Shown: piece by piece, positions 13,836-24,239 of the stretch
Position numbering within the stretch: position 1 is the first letter of the stretch
Layout: each line of letters starts with the position of its first letter
NCBI RefSeq assembly: GCF_009834535.1
Contig: NC_045697.1
Span: forward strand, 62,746,001-62,810,000
DNA from: Camelus ferus
Lineage: Eukaryota
Length of the DNA stretch: 64,000 bases
Direction of reading: 5' to 3'
Notes under the pieces: generated by a model
Seen by the model: the letters and a program-made list of their open reading frames with translations, nothing else
Told to the model about the DNA's origin: nothing
The model's database searches: none
Translations under genes and position numbers: made by a program

Positions 13836-16221
13836 GGACACAACATTGTAAACTGAGTATATATTTCAATAAAAAGTTAAAAAGTAATAAAAAATAACAA
13901 AATACTGGAAAAATAATAATAAAATGAACTCCCACATGCCATATATCCAAATGAGTATCAAGATTTTGACAAAATTCTGGTTTTTATTCTTTTTTCCTTT
14001 ATTGAAGAATTCCACATCTAGTCATTGCATCCCTATATTTTAATTTGTATCTCTACCAATATAAATGAATCTCTATAAAAATAAAGCCATATTCTTATGT
14101 AACTACAAAACCATTATCATGTGTAAATATATCAGATTATTCCTGTTTTTCTAATACTCAGTCCATAACCACATTTCCCCTGATTTTCCCAAATGTGTTT
14201 TTGCAGTTGGTTGGTTTGCACCAATACTCAAACTCAGTGGTATTTCTTTAAGAGTAATGACTATTTTACTGTTCATATCACTTTGCCCTGAATCTACCTG
14301 TTTTAAAATATTTGATCTTAAGTATTAGAGAATTGAGCAGTTAATTGTAATTATAAGCATCTTGCTTTCTATACTGTCTGTAACTTTAAATGAAGAGGCT
14401 CAAAAATAATGCATTGGTATATTTTTATTATTGTTAATATTAATGCAACTAATTTGTTATACTATCATCTAAATCACAGATCTGTTTTTTTTTTTTTTTT
14501 AATCATAGAGGGCTTAGCTGTCTACATAAAGCTTAAGTATGTTTAAACTTTACATGAAATAGCTAGAGAAAAGAAAATGGAAAAAGCAGGCCAGGTGATA
14601 ACAGTACAGAAAAATGCAAATGGCCCCAGCAGGGATAGTGGAGGCCCAGGGTTCTTTCAAATAAGCATTTATTCCACACATTACAATTAGAAATGTTACA
14701 TCTTAGTTCCAATATTATTACAACACATTTACAAAGCAGCATTTGATTTAGGTCACATGAAGACTTGGCAATAAAATCTGTCAGGATTTTTACAAAGCCT
14801 TCAATTTTTCTTTCAAATATTTCCCTAAAGTTTACACATGTGTTTTTATAAAAACTAAATGTTTCTCTCCCTTCTTAGCACAAAATCAATGATAGCAACT
14901 CTCTCTTTATGTATGTGTTGTTTTACCTTTATTAAACATTCTTCAATAGCAAACCAGTTGGTGTAGAGCACGTTCAAAATTATTTGAGGCTTATAACCCT
15001 ATCTTTCAAATATCAGAAAAATATGATTTTGTGTCATTTTCCAGTTACTGAACCTGAACAGAACAAAAGAGACTGAATCTTAATTAATCATTTTCTCCTC
15101 TTTCCCCAACAATCATATGCTGACTGATAGTAAATTTATCCATGTCCTTTAAGTTTGAGGCAAAAGGGATTTGAAAATTCTAAGATATCCAAGTCACCAT
15201 ATAAAGTTTTCATAATATATGGATTGATCTCTGCAACTTCCTGCAACTAGACTTGTTTTTCCACCTTCACAGATATGATGGATTGTAAAATATTGGATGG
15301 TTTTCCACTTTCACAGATAAATTTTTATTATAAACATGTTCTACATCAATTAATTTTTGAGATTTTAATATATTTTTTCTTTCCTATGATTCAGTGTAGT
15401 CTCTGGATTCTTTTCTGTAAAAGTTCCTATGGACAATTTAATTTAAAAAATATTGCTTTCAACTAACTTATGTCTTCAATTCAAAAATGAGTTATTGTGT
15501 TCACCCAAGGACGTATTTCTTAAATGGATGGTTTAATTCTCCACCCTAGGCTGGAGATTTTGCTTAGTGATATACAAAGGTAGAGATAAAATAGGTATTA
15601 TTACTGATAATAACTTAATCTAATATTTATTAACCATTTTCCAGTTGGAAAGCCTTTTGCTAAGTCCTAGGTGATTTCATTTATATTTCACTACAGTCCT
15701 ATGAAGCAGGTGCTTCTGGGCTCTCCACTCTACTGATGAGGCAACTGAGGATGGCAAAGTGAGATTAACTTGGATGCCAGATACTTTGCTAATACTGCTC
15801 TTGAAGACACAGACACCTCTGTCTTTCAAGAAAGTCAATGACTTAAATGAGAAATAGTCTTCATGGTATTCAATTCCAAGTTGAAAAGTATGTCTACCTA
15901 TGTGCTAACAGAATCATAGAATATCAAAGAGTGTCATCTTGGAGTTGAATATACAGTGATACAAGCGCACAAAGTTTTTGCTCTCAGGGAACTTGTTTTT
16001 CAATAGTTAGAAAACCAGGCAATAAATAGGCTTAGCCTACAATATCAGAGAATGATAGCGCAGTAAAAAAAAAAAAGGGAGTGGGGAATACATGCCATTT
16101 ACATGTACAATGAACACGTCATTTAAGGATGACCAATATTTTTGAGCACTCGCATTACATTTTGTTAATTTTCTCCATTACGAGTTTTGATCTTCCTCAA
16201 AACAGAAAAAAGAAAACTTAC

Positions 16222-16374
16222 TTTTTCAGCTACCTGTCATCTAGGATGCAGGCAATATCTTGGATTCGGTCAACAGATTCGCTGACATAAGATTTCAATA
16301 CGGAATTGAACGTCCTAAAGATATTTGTTTCATTCAGTTCACTGAATTTCTTCATAGATGTGGTGGTACAAAGT
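16222..16374 (-). pseudogene. Candidate exon of the antisense decayed gene (153 nt, phase 2-2)
   Basis: Acceptor tgttctctag, donor AAA|gtaagt; reads LCTTTSMKKFSELNETNIFRTFNSVLKSYVSESVDRIQDIACILDDR*LK; retains 4 CpGs; phase matches the exon ending at 19992. Confidence 0.5.
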
Positions 16375-16769
16375 CTAGAGAACAGTACTGGCAATTTATG
16401 GTATTTATTTTCTCAAAATATTCATGTAAATGGGATCCTGGCTTCATTGATATGAGCTGTGGTATTGGTGTAATGTGTATTACTTAATATCTTTTAATAC
16501 ATATATTTCTTCTTAAGCTGCCCATAGTGAATTCTATGATTTGCAACTAAGAACTATGACTGATACACATGGATAGATTAATAGATTAGTCATAAAAGGA
16601 CATTTGGAAAAGGTGATACATGTCAGAAAAGATGTAAATGTAAGGGAGCAAAGCCCACAGAGATGAAACCAGAGGGAAACAGTAAATTAAAAGTCCTGAA
16701 ATAGGATTAGCTTGATGTGATTTCATAGCAGGAAGAGCATCAATATAGCTAAGAGAATGGAGATGGAGC

Positions 16770-17660
16770 GTTCTACGCAATGAGATGAGGCAGAGAGTTG
16801 TGAGGAGCCCTGAAGATGATGACAAAGAATTTGGATTTTACAGTGAGTGTACTAGGAAGTTACTGTATAGTTTTGAGAAGCAGTTTTAGAATATGACTTA
16901 CATTTCAAAAATTCACTCTGTTGTGCAGTACTTATAATAGTGTAGCCAGTGTAGAGGTGAGAACCACAACAGTCTAGGAGAGAGAAGACTGTGGCTTACA
17001 CTAAGTTGGAAATAGTGGAGGTCATAGGAATGAGTTACATTCTAAATATATTTCAAAAGTAGAGGTATCACTTTTGTTTGTGTGTTAGATGTGAATGGTG
17101 AGAGAAAGCAATTGGGTGAATTGTGGTCCTTTACTATGAATGAGACAGCTAGAGAAGAGGTATTGCGTTCTGTTTTTTAATATGAGGGTAGAAAAATAAA
17201 AAGCTTGGTTTTGAACTTACCCATTAGACACCTAAGTGAATATTTTAAGCACATAATTTTCTATGGCTGTGGAGAGTTCAGAGGGAAAATATTGAATTAG
17301 AGACATAAATTTCAGACTTAAATGGACATAGGTGGTATTAAAAATCTTGATATACGAGCTGATCTTTTAGTACTAGCTGGAGATTAGGGAGTGCAGAGGA
17401 CATATACTGTACTAAGCTAGGGGACATTCTAACTTCAGCTGTTGGGGAGCATAGGAGGAGTAAGGAAAAGACCGAGAAAGAGTGGCCAATGAGGTAAGAT
17501 AAAAATGCAAGGCAATCTTATTTTCCACATTCCAAGCAAAGAAAGCATTTCCAGAAAGATGGGATTACTAACCATGTGAAATGCTGCTGATCATTAGAAT
17601 AAGAGAAAGCCTGAGAATTGACCATTATTATTTGGCAAAAAGAGGTTACCATGGAGCCAG
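16770..17660 (-). mobile_element. LINE-2
   Basis: Long run of L2 reverse-complement motifs (gaatttggatttta, cattagacacctaagtgaa, gacataaattt, aaatgctgctga, gagaattgacca). Confidence 0.75.
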
Positions 17661-18736
17661 ATCAAGGAGAGCTTGAGAATAATTAATTCCATTGAAATAA
17701 GAAGCAATAGAAACCTTTCTTTCCGGTCAGGGGGGTGGGTGTGGAAAGACTAGGGGATGAAGAAGTGGACATGTGGAGTATAGTCCCCACTGGTTTTCTG
17801 TAAAAACCAGAGAAATGGGTTATGTTATGCACAAAGTTTAGGAAGGATTTCCTTTCTTCCTTTCTTTCTCCATATTTACATCAACACAGAACTCTATTAA
17901 AAATAGCAGTATATGATTATGCCAACTTTAAATTTTTTTATTTTATCTATTTTAGTTAATATTACTTGATGGTTCACTGAAACACAAATCAAATGGTATC
18001 TTAAAAATAATTTACCAAATCTTAACAAAACTACTCAGATTATTAAAAATGGCCTTAGAGTAGACAGATAATTTTAAAGGGCTGAAAATTTACTTGAAAG
18101 AAATACTTCATTTCATTTTATCAAAAATGTTTTGCCTTACATCCTAAAAGACTATAGAATGAAAAGTGTGACAATAAATATTTTGAGTTAAGAATATCTA
18201 AACTTTGATGCTAAAATAATGCTTGACGTATTTAGAAAATAATGTAGAAAAAAGCCAAGAGAAAATCAGGAAAGTGTGCTATTCCCAAATTAATAATAAA
18301 ACAATATCCAAAGGCTTTTACTTTGGCTCCACTAAATAAATTTGGGTATATGCTAAGTGCTATAGGAGATAATCAGAAGTATGAGGCATGGTTCTATACA
18401 TCAAACAACAAACAGATAGAGTTGGGAAGATAAGGTGTATGAATAAGAAGATAATAAAGCAAAGCAGTAAATAAATGAGCAGCATGGACATAAAGTAAGT
18501 GACATAAAGTTCAGGACAAAAATAAATAAATAAATATGAGTTAGAAGCATTAGTTAAGTCTTCAAAAGGGCAGCAAATGAAAAGTGTGTGTGTAGTCGAG
18601 AAAGGCAAATAAGATGTGGAAAGAACATTACCAGAAAAGGGAATAGAATTTTGGAGTAATTTGGTAACAATTAAAAATATTTTCCTTGCCTCCTGTTGTG
18701 TTCTGTGTTTAAGAGCAGGATACAAAAATAATGTTG

Positions 18737-19425
18737 CTTCCCACCCAATAGAATGACTATCATCAAAAAGACAATTACAGGTGCTGGTGAGGATGTGGAG
18801 AATATGGAACCCTGCATACTATGCTGGTGGATGTGTAAAAAGGTGTAATCTTTTTGAAAGAAATATCTGACATTTCCCCAAAGAGCTAAACATAGAGTTA
18901 CTTTATCAGCAATTCTACTCTTAGGTGAATTAAGACATATGTCTGCAGAAATTTATACACAAATGCTCATAGCAGCATTATTTATTATAGCCTTTTTTAT
19001 AGCTCAAAAAGAAAACATAACCTAAATCTCCCTTAACTGTTGAGTGGATAAACAAAATGTAGTATATACACGCAATTGAACATTATTCAGCCTAAGAAAA
19101 CAATAAAGTGCTGGTACCTGCTACAGCAGGAATGAACCTAGAAAACATTATGAAAGTGAAAGAAGCCAGACACATAAGGCCACATATTGTATGATTCCAT
19201 TTATACAAAACGTATAGAATAGGCAAATTCATACTGATAGAAGGTATGTTGGCTGGGGGTTTTAGGGATGTACTGCATGGGTACGGGATTTCTTTATGGC
19301 ATGATGAAAATATTCTGGAAATAGATAATGGTGATGGTTGTATAACCTTGTGAATACACTAAAAACCAATGAACTGTAGACTTCAAAAGGGTAAATTTTA
19401 TAGCATGTGAATTATATCAGTTTTT
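18737..19425 (+). mobile_element. L1MB-like LINE-1 3' end
   Basis: ggtgaggatgtggagaa...aagtgaaagaagccagacacataaggccacatattgtatgattcc...ttgtgaatacactaaaaacc...gtgaattatatc. Confidence 0.85.
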
Positions 19426-19991
19426 AAGTGAGCAATATTATAAAGTCACAAAAAATATGAAGACATTCTGCATGTCTTTGTGTGTCTTGGAGTCATGCAG
19501 GAACAGAAGTAGATGCAAAGATGGGGAGATACTGAGTTGACTAAGCTACACTAGAGAGGAGCACTTGGGCTTCTGAGGATGTAAAGGCAGAAAATGGGTT
19601 ATGCCAACCTATGTCAAGAATTAGGAAAGACTGAAAGATCCGAGTCAATTTAGTAGAGACTACGATGTGTAAAGAAAGCATTATTATGTACATTCCATTT
19701 AAGAGGTAAGAAAACTAAGTGGCTTGCCTAAGATATAGCAAATAAATGGTAAGAGTCAGCTGAATTCATATTTGACTGACTCCATGGAGTCAACACTCAT
19801 GACTACTCTTACTATTCTTTCTCCTCTTGAAGTATAAGTCATTTTTGTACACAAGGCATGCAAATATTTGAACTATAAATGGGTTTTAAATGAAAAAAAA
19901 AGAATACTTCTATTTGGGGTTTTTTTGTTTTGTTTTGTTTTTGCTAAATAGACTGTGTGTATATGTCAAAACAAGAACATTGAAAACTCAC

Positions 19992-20122
19992 TGGAATTTA
20001 GGTATACGTCCATCCATATGCCTCTCAACCTCTAAAAGTGTTTTAGACAGAGATCTGAATGTGGTAAAATCTGGAGACTTTTTTTTTTTTTAAACAGGAA
20101 ACTCCTTAGTTGGGAGTTCCAG
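19992..20122 (-). pseudogene. Antisense-gene core exon F (131 nt, phase 0-2)
   Basis: ctttctctctctgatcag|...|gtgagt; LELPTKEFPV*KKKKSPDFTTFRSLSKTLLEVERHMDGRIPKF. Confidence 0.6.
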
Positions 20123-20468
20123 CTGATCAGAGAGAGAAAGATCTCTAAGGAAGCAAAATATACATGGGGACTGAACTCAAACTTATGTCAAAGCTTCCAC
20201 TGCTTTCAGCTACAAGAGCGAACAACACATGTTTATTGATCACCAATCATGTGCAAGATTGGGCCTGAGGTATTAAAAAGACAACAAAGCACAGGGCCCT
20301 TCAGGCGGGCTTGCAGAGGAAGATACATTTACTTAACAGAAGAAATGTAACAAATGCTGAAACAGAGGCAGAAGTGTAAAGAGATGCAGCTGACTGAAAT
20401 TTCTCCATGCTCCAGAAAAGTTCTGTCTGAGATGCAGACTCCCAAGAACTCACTTTCCACCCGCTTAC

Positions 20469-20573
20469 TGCAGCTGTATAAGAAACTGCAGAATGCTTTA
20501 GCAAAGAATTAGAGCAGATTTTATCAGTGAGGTATGGCTGAATATGAAAGGCTCTCAGTAAAGCAACCCAGGC
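20469..20573 (-). pseudogene. Antisense-gene core exon E (105 nt, phase 0-0)
   Basis: poly(T)...ttattgcag|...GCA|gtaagc; AWVALLRAFHIQPYLTDKICSNSLLKHSAVSYTAA is the only open frame. Confidence 0.65.
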
Positions 20574-20795
20574 CTGCAATAATGGTGTTAACCAAAAAAA
20601 AAAAAAAAAAAAAAGCTAGCATAGATTACCCCGGCTTACACCACTTTCTTCTTGTTTCTAAATCTGATACAATTAAGTCTACATCTTAATAGATAAGATT
20701 TATATGTTACGTCTGTTTTCAAGACAGGCTTCAATATTCTTAATTAACAAAATATAATGCCATCAAGAATTCTGAGAAAACTCTCTTCGCCTTAC

Positions 20796-20873
20796 ATCCC
20801 TCAGAACACTTTCATCACAGTGGCGACTAAACCTCCAGGTTGGATAACACTTTTCAGTAAGAGCTCTGGGCTC
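20796..20873 (-). pseudogene. Antisense-gene core exon D (78 nt, phase 0-0)
   Basis: ctctgactgttgcag|...GAT|gtaagg; EPRALTEKCYPTWRFSRHCDESVLRD. Confidence 0.65.
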
Positions 20874-20968
20874 CTGCAACAGTCAGAGGACAGGAGGCTG
20901 GCTGGGGGGTCAGTGCCCTCAGGCATCTTAGTTTCTTGGCCTCCGGGCTTCTGTTGCTAGGCACTCAC

Positions 20969-21042
20969 CAGAGAATAGCCGCAGGGCTATTGTGAGGGTG
21001 CTTTTCTCCCCCAACCCCTCTCCAGCTCCTGTTTCTCTGGTT
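20969..21042 (-). pseudogene. Antisense-gene core exon C (74 nt, phase 1-0)
   Basis: cttattttcag|...CTG|gtgagt; PEKQELERGWGRKAPSQ*PCGYSL. Confidence 0.6.
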
Positions 21043-21049
21043 CTGAAAA

Positions 21050-21140
21050 TAAGTGACTATTTGGAGACAGCCTACAAAGAGGCCAACAGAGGTTCCACAC
21101 GTGAGCATCTAGTTTATATCCATGGGCAAAGAATATTAAG
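21050..21140 (+). other. MMRN1: Probable upstream non-coding exon of MMRN1 (start uncertain)
   Basis: Strong donor AAG|gtaagc at 21140/21141 and a matching acceptor ttttcccatttacccctag at 33370, 247 nt before the ATG; human MMRN1 is recalled to have an upstream 5' UTR exon of similar layout. Confidence 0.5.
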
Positions 21141-21336
21141 GTAAGCGCTACCAAGGATTGTTTCTAAATTAACATTCTGCTTGAAAGAATTTTTTTTTTA
21201 ACCAGAAGTTTGCTATAGTTGCCTCTGATGAGATTACAGGTCTATTTTGAGTATTAATAGTGTTAGCACTTTGTGGAACATACAATGAATTCATTTTTTA
21301 AAGCATTAATTTTCCTTTAAACTGCGTGGCACTTAC

Positions 21337-21404
21337 CATAATCCAGTAGGAGCGTGAGTAGAGAAAAATTTCTGGCAGAATTTAATAATATATATGAAAA
21401 TACC
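21337..21404 (-). pseudogene. Antisense-gene core exon B (68 nt, phase 2-1)
   Basis: gattttcttcag|...ATG|gtaagt; VFSYILLNSARNFSLLTLLLDY. Confidence 0.65.
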
Positions 21405-21585
21405 CTGAAGAAAATCGTTTATGTAGAAAATTCTTATTGTGTTATTATTGCTTATGGCACAATTATTTAGTTATTTCTTTAGTTGATAGACTAATCAACT
21501 ACTAAATCAGTAGACTTTGTACTGTGAAACTGTTCATCTTTTGGACGTAGAATGTTGCTGCCTTTAATGTTACAGATATTCTCAC

Positions 21586-21693
21586 TGCTCTGGGTGTAGA
21601 AACCATGGGGAAGGACAGCTGGTGCATTTGCAGATATGATTGCTCTCTTTTCTTTCGAAAGCAAGCTCTGGGTTAGCTATTTCCACCAGCTTG
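21586..21693 (-). pseudogene. Antisense-gene core exon A (108 nt, phase 2-2)
   Basis: tttctgttatattag|...GCA|gtgaga; KLVEIANPELAFERKESNHICKCTSCPSPWFLHPE. Confidence 0.55.
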
Positions 21694-21779
21694 CTAATAT
21701 AACAGAAATTGACCTCTGTGTATCAACAAAAACTAAGAATCTAAATTGAGGCATGAGATCAGGGTGCCCTGGGGAGAGG

Positions 21780-21960
21780 ACAAAGCCTCAGAGTTAAAGG
21801 ACCTGGGCTCAAAAGACAGTTCTGTCACTTTTCAGCTGCCATACCTTGGGCAGTTCCTTGACATCTTGGTAAAATGGGGATTATAAGTCACAGTGGCAGG
21901 GGTGTTAGAGAAATTAAGTAATACAGTTTATATGCCACTTAAGATAACACTTGGCACAAA
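21780..21960 (+). mobile_element. MIR SINE
   Basis: acctgggctcaa...ttctgtcactt...ccttgggcagtt...gtaaaatggggatt core. Confidence 0.55.
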
Positions 21961-24239
21961 ATTAGTGTGTACTGAGCTAACAATTAAAGTTATCAGGAGA
22001 AATTAAATCAGAGTTAATCTGCCTTACTATTGGCCTGAGAAGGGAAACTAGAAAATTTATAATCTGTTCAAAACCAATTTATAAAACAAGTGAACCACAC
22101 AGAAGGCATTCTGGTGCTTTGAGTAAGAACAATCCTTCCTTGAAGATCAAAGGAATTCAAGAATAGGTGGGTCCAGGCTCTTCCTATGGCAAAAGTAAAG
22201 AAAATTTAATGGAAATTAAGCATAGGATTGATAAAATATAGCTCTGATTTCTTGATATGGTAATATCACAACTTTGACCAATATAGTACCTTCCATTGTA
22301 TAAAAAGTCTCATGTGCACTGACCCATGTCATCAGCAGCAGAATACAGAGGAGATAACTGAAGCTTGGCAAGATCCAGGGTCCTGTCTAAGATCATAACA
22401 GCAATCCATGACAGAGCAAGGATGAGAAGATCTCAGGTTCACACTTGAGACTCTTTGCCATGCTGCCTTCTTTCTACACTGTACTGTCTATGGTTCTGAA
22501 AGAAATAGTTAAAGTATTTGGAGAAAAGGGATAGTTTTCTGCCATTTTTTTTTCCTTAATGGGTTATTCCCTTTCCTGCTTAGCCAGTGATAAACTGATT
22601 TGCATACAGTAAACTAAGCAATGAACTAACTCCCAATAGAGGCAATTTCCTGATTCTATCAGAGTGTATGCAAGTGTCTAGTTATATTTAAATTCCAATC
22701 TGGCAAATACATACTTTAAAATTGTATTTGTAAAGTTGAAGCAAACACATTTGATACATTTTTCTTTAATTTAGGAATTATTTATTCTAAGATATTAAAG
22801 GAACCCAAAGGAATGTGGCTGTTTTCTAGTTAGGACATACAAATCTTTGAAATTTGAGAATCACTGTTAGATGTACTGATGTACTTGTTTTGTCAAAATG
22901 ACTTCTTCTACCTGTAAAAGCGAGTGTTCTCATTTTGTGTGAGTGCTTTGTATGTATGAATGAATTATATGCTTTTTTTTTCTTTTTTAATGAAGGATTG
23001 AGACAGTAACGTTAAAGGTGTTTTTTGTTTGTCAAAGTTGCCCATGGTAAATGTAAGATGTCTTATTCTATCTAATCAGGGCTGTTATTACTACTCTAGT
23101 AAGGGCTCAACTAGCATTGATTTACATTTTTACCCAGTTAAGTGCTGTACACCTTCTTCAATCCATTGATTATTACTGTAAGTTGTGTACTGAATCCACT
23201 TCTACAGGCCTACCTTTCCATTTATAATTTTGCATTTGGAAACTGAACAGTAATGATACAACTAATGAAGGAGTTGAGTATAGTAAGTTATGCATCACAA
23301 CTGCTGAGAATCCTTCAGATGACTGTAAAGTGCTTTGTGAGCTATTTTTGTTCTGATTATAACACTTGTTTACAACATCTGGTCATTTCCTAAATTTATT
23401 ACTAATGAGAGTTTATTAGCAGCTGGGATATCTCTACATTTAAGCAAAGTTTACTTTAAATTAGGGTATTCTATTAACTATTTTCCTGCTGTTTTAGAAA
23501 GGCAACCCTCTCAGAAAAATTACTTTTATATTTTGGTGACATCTATATGTCATAATCGCATTTCAGTAGAATGACCATTCTTCTTTAATTCCTCTAAGGT
23601 AGGGGGATATTATTGGCTTTTCGTCTTTCTGAGTTTTGTTACAGTTAAAAAAACATAAAAAGAATTGTTGGATTTGCTAGTCAACTACTATTATTAGGTC
23701 TTTGCTGTTGCTGTCTTTTTATAAATCCATATTCCTGATACTGAATCATTTTTATCAACATTATTTGGACTTAACAATAAATATATATGTTGATATATAT
23801 GTATATACAGTTAGAAACAGGAATTAACATTTTCCCCACTTTAATAAAATTAGAACAAATCTTCTTATCTCTAAATTTAACTGGGTTTAGATGGTTTTAA
23901 GAGAATGCATACGAAGACAGTGTTACATATACAAAGACCACTGACTTGGTCTTAGAAAACCTGGATTTTAATCCTGATTTTAACAGTGAAATTTTTTCAG
24001 TGTCCTACTATATTTTTCCCTTCATTTTATGTTCTAGACATATTAAATTTTTGGTAAACATCAGTTTAATTTAAAATGACTTTCTGCCCTGGAGGAGATT
24101 TCTGCTCTACAAATGAATGTAAGTATTAGATTTGTTGTATTTGATAAAGGAAAGATTGTACACTTAATTTGAGAAAGTTCAACACACTGCTGGGCAGGGG
24201 TGAACATTCTTGATTTTAAGCTTATTAAATTCTCTTACA

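Larger units (their letters stand above)
19992..21693 (-). pseudogene. Core of an unidentified multi-exon decayed protein-coding gene antisense to MMRN1 (six phase-compatible exons)
   Basis: Exons 21693-21586, 21404-21337, 21042-20969, 20873-20796, 20573-20469 and 20122-19992, all GT-AG; spliced 564 nt read in one frame with only two stops (20989-20987 TAG, 20092-20090 TAA). Confidence 0.65.

Noticed and set aside
19813..19872. 60-nt - strand exon candidate
   Set aside because: The donor lies at the edge of a MIR-like element and the required frame has a stop; ambiguous.
16222..20573. SEA-domain (TTSP or TTMP-like) identity for the antisense gene, joining exon E to an acceptor at 16456 (LISMKPGSHLHEYFEKI...)
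   Set aside because: Resemblance was by eye only, the 16456 acceptor lacks a pyrimidine tract, a better exon (20122-19992) intervenes, and no CUB, LDLa or protease exons were seen. An HMM search is needed.
23214..23221. ATG GAA AG|gtaggc as the first coding exon of the antisense gene (MES-KLVE...)
   Set aside because: Phase-compatible but only 8 nt, and there are competing upstream exon candidates at 30.7-39.7 kb; not supportable alone.
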